Assembly: GCA_965237955.1 (NCBI GenBank)
Contig: OZ250169.1
Coordinates: 4,576,001-4,640,000, forward strand
Source of the DNA: Candidatus Marinacidobacterales bacterium
GTDB taxonomy: Bacteria; Acidobacteriota; Vicinamibacteria; Marinacidobacterales; SMYC01
DNA: 64,000 nucleotides
Reading direction: 5' to 3'
The notes under the pieces are model-generated. The model saw only the letters and a program-made list of their open reading frames with translations, did not search any database and was not told where the DNA came from. The position numbers and the translations under genes are program-made. Of the stretch, positions 61,102 through 64,000 are shown piece by piece (position 1 is the stretch's first letter; the number at the start of each line of letters is the position of its first letter).

Positions 61102-63153
61102 GTGATCGGAACGAGAGATGCTACCCTGCGCCGGGGTTTGGCGCGGCGACGTCGCCCGAGCTTCCCCACCCGAGTTATGCCGGTCGTCCGAAGACCTCCT
61201 TCCCGCCACCGGGACGGCGTCCTGGAGGCGGTCGTTGTCACCGTCTGGATTTTTCTTCTCTACGCCGCAGGCGCAAGTCCCACGATCTTCGTTGGTGACA
61301 GCGGCGAGCTCGTCGCCGCCGTCCATACTCTCGGCATTCCCCACCCTTCCAGCTACCCGCTCTACGTGCTCACCGGAAAGCTCTTTACACTCCTCGTTCC
61401 CTTCGGGTCGGTCGCCTACCGCATGAGCTTGTTCAGTGCGTTCTTCGCCGCGGGTGCGGTCGGCCTCCTCTACACCACCGCGCGCCGGGCGGGACTTCAT
61501 CCGGTGGCGAGCGTATTCGGCGCGAGCCTCTTGGCGGTGAGCCCGAGCTATTGGGGGGAGGCGAACGTTCAACGCGTGTACAGCCTGAACGCGTTTTTCG
61601 TGATGGCGTCGATCGCCGCCTTCTTCGAGTGGTATCGTTGCCTGGATCGACGGGACGCTCGATGGCTCTATCTCAGCTTCTTCATTGCCGGCCTCGGTGC
61701 GACGAACCATACCTTCATGGCCGTTCAGGCCGCCGCCATGTTCGCGGCGGCCCTCGTCTACGAGCCGCGCCTCGCCACGAAAGCCGTCCGGCTCGCCGCA
61801 ATCGCCGGCTCGTTCGGGGTCGGTCTTGTTCCCTACCTGTATCTTCCGCTACGCGCGCGCGCCAACCCGCCGGTCGATTGGGGCAGCCCGGAAACCGTCG
61901 CCGGCTTTCTGGACGTCGTGCTCCGGCTTGACTATTGGGGCCAGGCTTGGGTGGAGGGACCGTTCGATGCCATCCGCGCGGCGGGCGATTACGTGTGGAG
62001 CTTCGGAACGGAGCTATTGTGGCTCGGCGCCGCGCTGGCCGTCGCGGGCGCGCTCACGAGTCGCGGCCGCGACTGGCCCCGGCTCCTCCCACCCATGGTG
62101 ATGGGAGCGAATCTTCTCGCCCTGGTTCTTCATGGATCGCGCACCGACCTTTTCATTTGGCACCGTTACTACATCCCGTCCTACGTCATGGCGTCGCTTC
62201 TGGCTGCGTTCGGCTGTGACGAGCTCTGCCGGCGGCTGCCCCGTGGCCTGCGTTTGGCTCCGCTCGTGCTTCCTCTGGCGGGGTTGTTCCTCGGCGTCAG
62301 CGATTTCGACCGACGCCACTACCGAGTCGCCGATGACTTCGGCCGGAAGCTCTTGAACTCGCTGCCGGAGAACGCCCATCTTTCGGCGAGCGGGGATAAC
62401 GTTCTGTTCCCGCTCATGTACCTGCACTATGTCGAAGTCGTGCGTCCGGACGTGCATCTCATCCCTCAGGGCGTCTTGGACGCGGATCGTCCCCCGTTGA
62501 GCTTTCGTCCCGACGAGGACGCGCTCTACTTCACGCACCACCCCAACTGGAGTGTGGCGGGTCTGGAAATCGTTCCCGCCGGTCTCGCGTTCCGCGTTGC
62601 CGGCGTCCGCCGAGTCGGAGCAGGCACCGGACGCGACGGCACGGACCCCGCCCTGGAAACGCCCGTACTCGTACCGTCGGGAAATCTCGCGGGAGACGGG
62701 GATCCGAACGTCCCGAAAGACTATTTGACGCAGAACCTCATCGGACACTACCACTACATGCTGGGGACGACTTTCGCCGGACGCGACTGGCCGCGCGCCC
62801 TGGCTGAGCTCGACCAGGCGGCCGCGGCGGCCCCGGACAACGACGTGCTGTTCTATAACCTGGGACTGCTCTATACCCGAAACGGCCTCTACTCGGAGGC
62901 GTTCGATGCGTTCCGGAGATCCGCCGCCATCAACCCGCGCCCGCTCGCGGGATCGCCGAAGGCGAAGGCCCGAGATCGCCTGGACGAGGTGCGCCGCGAG
63001 CTCGACCGGCTGGGTGCGATCGAGCTGACACTCCAGAGCGAGCTCCCGCCTTTGGGCACGCCCGAGCGGGCGCCCTCCTTCGCCGAACACCTCGATGCGC
63101 TCGGCGAGCGCCTCGCGGCTCGAGGATACCGCATTCGCGCGCTCCGCCCTTGA
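61102..63153 (+). CDS. DUF2723/TMEM260-like GT-C membrane glycosyltransferase with C-terminal TPR
   Basis: GDSGELVAAVHTLGIPHPSSYPLY, YLYLPLRA..PPVDWGSP, GDNVLFPL, TPR motif FYNLGLLY; start uncertain. Confidence 0.85.
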   Translation: MIGTRDATLRRGLARRRRPSFPTRVMPVVRRPPSRHRDGVLEAVVVTVWIFLLYAAGASPTIFVGDSGELVAAVHTLGIPHPSSYPLYVLTGKLFTLLVPFGSVAYRMSLFSAFFAAGAVGLLYTTARRAGLHPVASVFGASLLAVSPSYWGEANVQRVYSLNAFFVMASIAAFFEWYRCLDRRDARWLYLSFFIAGLGATNHTFMAVQAAAMFAAALVYEPRLATKAVRLAAIAGSFGVGLVPYLYLPLRARANPPVDWGSPETVAGFLDVVLRLDYWGQAWVEGPFDAIRAAGDYVWSFGTELLWLGAALAVAGALTSRGRDWPRLLPPMVMGANLLALVLHGSRTDLFIWHRYYIPSYVMASLLAAFGCDELCRRLPRGLRLAPLVLPLAGLFLGVSDFDRRHYRVADDFGRKLLNSLPENAHLSASGDNVLFPLMYLHYVEVVRPDVHLIPQGVLDADRPPLSFRPDEDALYFTHHPNWSVAGLEIVPAGLAFRVAGVRRVGAGTGRDGTDPALETPVLVPSGNLAGDGDPNVPKDYLTQNLIGHYHYMLGTTFAGRDWPRALAELDQAAAAAPDNDVLFYNLGLLYTRNGLYSEAFDAFRRSAAINPRPLAGSPKAKARDRLDEVRRELDRLGAIELTLQSELPPLGTPERAPSFAEHLDALGERLAARGYRIRALRP

Positions 63154-63157
63154 TGCC

Positions 63158-64000
63158 ATGCAGCGATGGAAAGTCGTTCTCACACTGATTCTCATGGCCG
63201 AGGGCTCGTCCCAGGCGCAAGGACACCTCGAATCCCAGGTCATCGAGGCTCCCGCGCTCCTTCTTTCCGGCGCGACGGGAGAGCAGCGAGAGGACGGACT
63301 CCGCGTTCTCACAACGGTGAAAGGCGAACGGGCCCGCGCCTTCACGTCGGGTCTGGAGCTCGACGCGTCGACCTACGACTATGTCGAGATCGCCGTTCGA
63401 GCACCGATCACGAAGGAGCTGTTCTTTCTCTGGACGACGTCCGCGGATCCGGATACCGTCCAAGGCGTCGCTCTCCCTCGGCCGGAGGACGACGAGACGA
63501 TGCTCTATGTCGGCTCGCATCCTGAGTGGCGAGGTTCTATCGAAGGCATCGGTATCGGGTGGACCGGCCCTTTGAAGGCTCCAATCACCCTTGGTCGTTT
63601 GACGCTCCGGCCCTCCTCGGCACGCGCCCAATGGCTTTCCGTCTGGCACGAGTGGACCGCGTTCGAGGGCTTGAAGGGTTACTCCATGAATTTCGTCATC
63701 GGAGGCTCGGCTCTGTCGTCTCAACGCGTGCGCTTCGTGCCGGCGGTCGCGTTCGCCTTGCTCCTCGTCCTCGCCGTTTATGGGGTCACGACCCGCATAC
63801 GCGCAAGACCTTTTCGCGGCGGCGCCGCGGCCGCGATCGTTCTCGCAGGATGGCTCTTGGTGGACGCACGGTGGCAGTGGGATCTCTGGCGCCAGGCTCG
63901 GCTGACGCAAGAGCGCTTCGAGGGCAAGTCCTTCACGGAAAAAAAGCTCGCCGATGACGACGGGGAGCTCTTCCGTTTGGTCATGGAGTTGAAGCGAATG
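63158..64000 (+). CDS. Hypothetical membrane protein (partial, runs off window)
   Basis: Open frame of 281 codons from ATG 63158 (MQRWKVVLTLILMA..., HPEWRGSI, two TM segments); absent from the ORF track because it has no stop. Confidence 0.75.
   Translation, partial: MQRWKVVLTLILMAEGSSQAQGHLESQVIEAPALLLSGATGEQREDGLRVLTTVKGERARAFTSGLELDASTYDYVEIAVRAPITKELFFLWTTSADPDTVQGVALPRPEDDETMLYVGSHPEWRGSIEGIGIGWTGPLKAPITLGRLTLRPSSARAQWLSVWHEWTAFEGLKGYSMNFVIGGSALSSQRVRFVPAVAFALLLVLAVYGVTTRIRARPFRGGAAAAIVLAGWLLVDARWQWDLWRQARLTQERFEGKSFTEKKLADDDGELFRLVMELKRM

Overview
A 64 kb high-GC bacterial window. Its gene content (GWxTD-domain protein, Ser/Thr kinase-TPR, PD40 and BNR propeller proteins, DUF885, DUF2723) suggests an Acidobacteriota-like environmental genome; this is an inference. 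It is an accessory, partly decaying region. It holds many exported hydrolases and peptidases, a non-canonical sugar cluster (sodium:solute symporter, galT, IMPase-like gene, plant L-arabinokinase-like kinase, divergent galM) and an HcnABC/opine-oxidase-like dehydrogenase operon. A 7.6 kb IS pile-up (IS3, IS256, IS3, an IS200-like end, IS21) strands a TPP riboswitch. Least expected: (i) a ~500 bp GxxExxY/PD-(D/E)XK nuclease cassette bounded by 40-bp periodic inverted repeats, plus a related solo repeat elsewhere; (ii) a ~200-nt hairpin with G-U pairs and a possible promoter in front of a STAS gene, and a second ~120-nt structured element; (iii) two intragenic micro-inversions (60 and 276 bp) that put conserved coding blocks on the wrong strand; (iv) an exact 22-bp IS-end footprint at a DUF885 frameshift; (v) a duplicated GH43 C-terminal domain hit by IS256, with the empty target site preserved in the sister copy; (vi) a field of deletion-fused gene stubs at 52.6-56.7 kb. 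Several single-base frameshifts could be assembly errors. All family calls come from motif recognition by eye; no searches were run.
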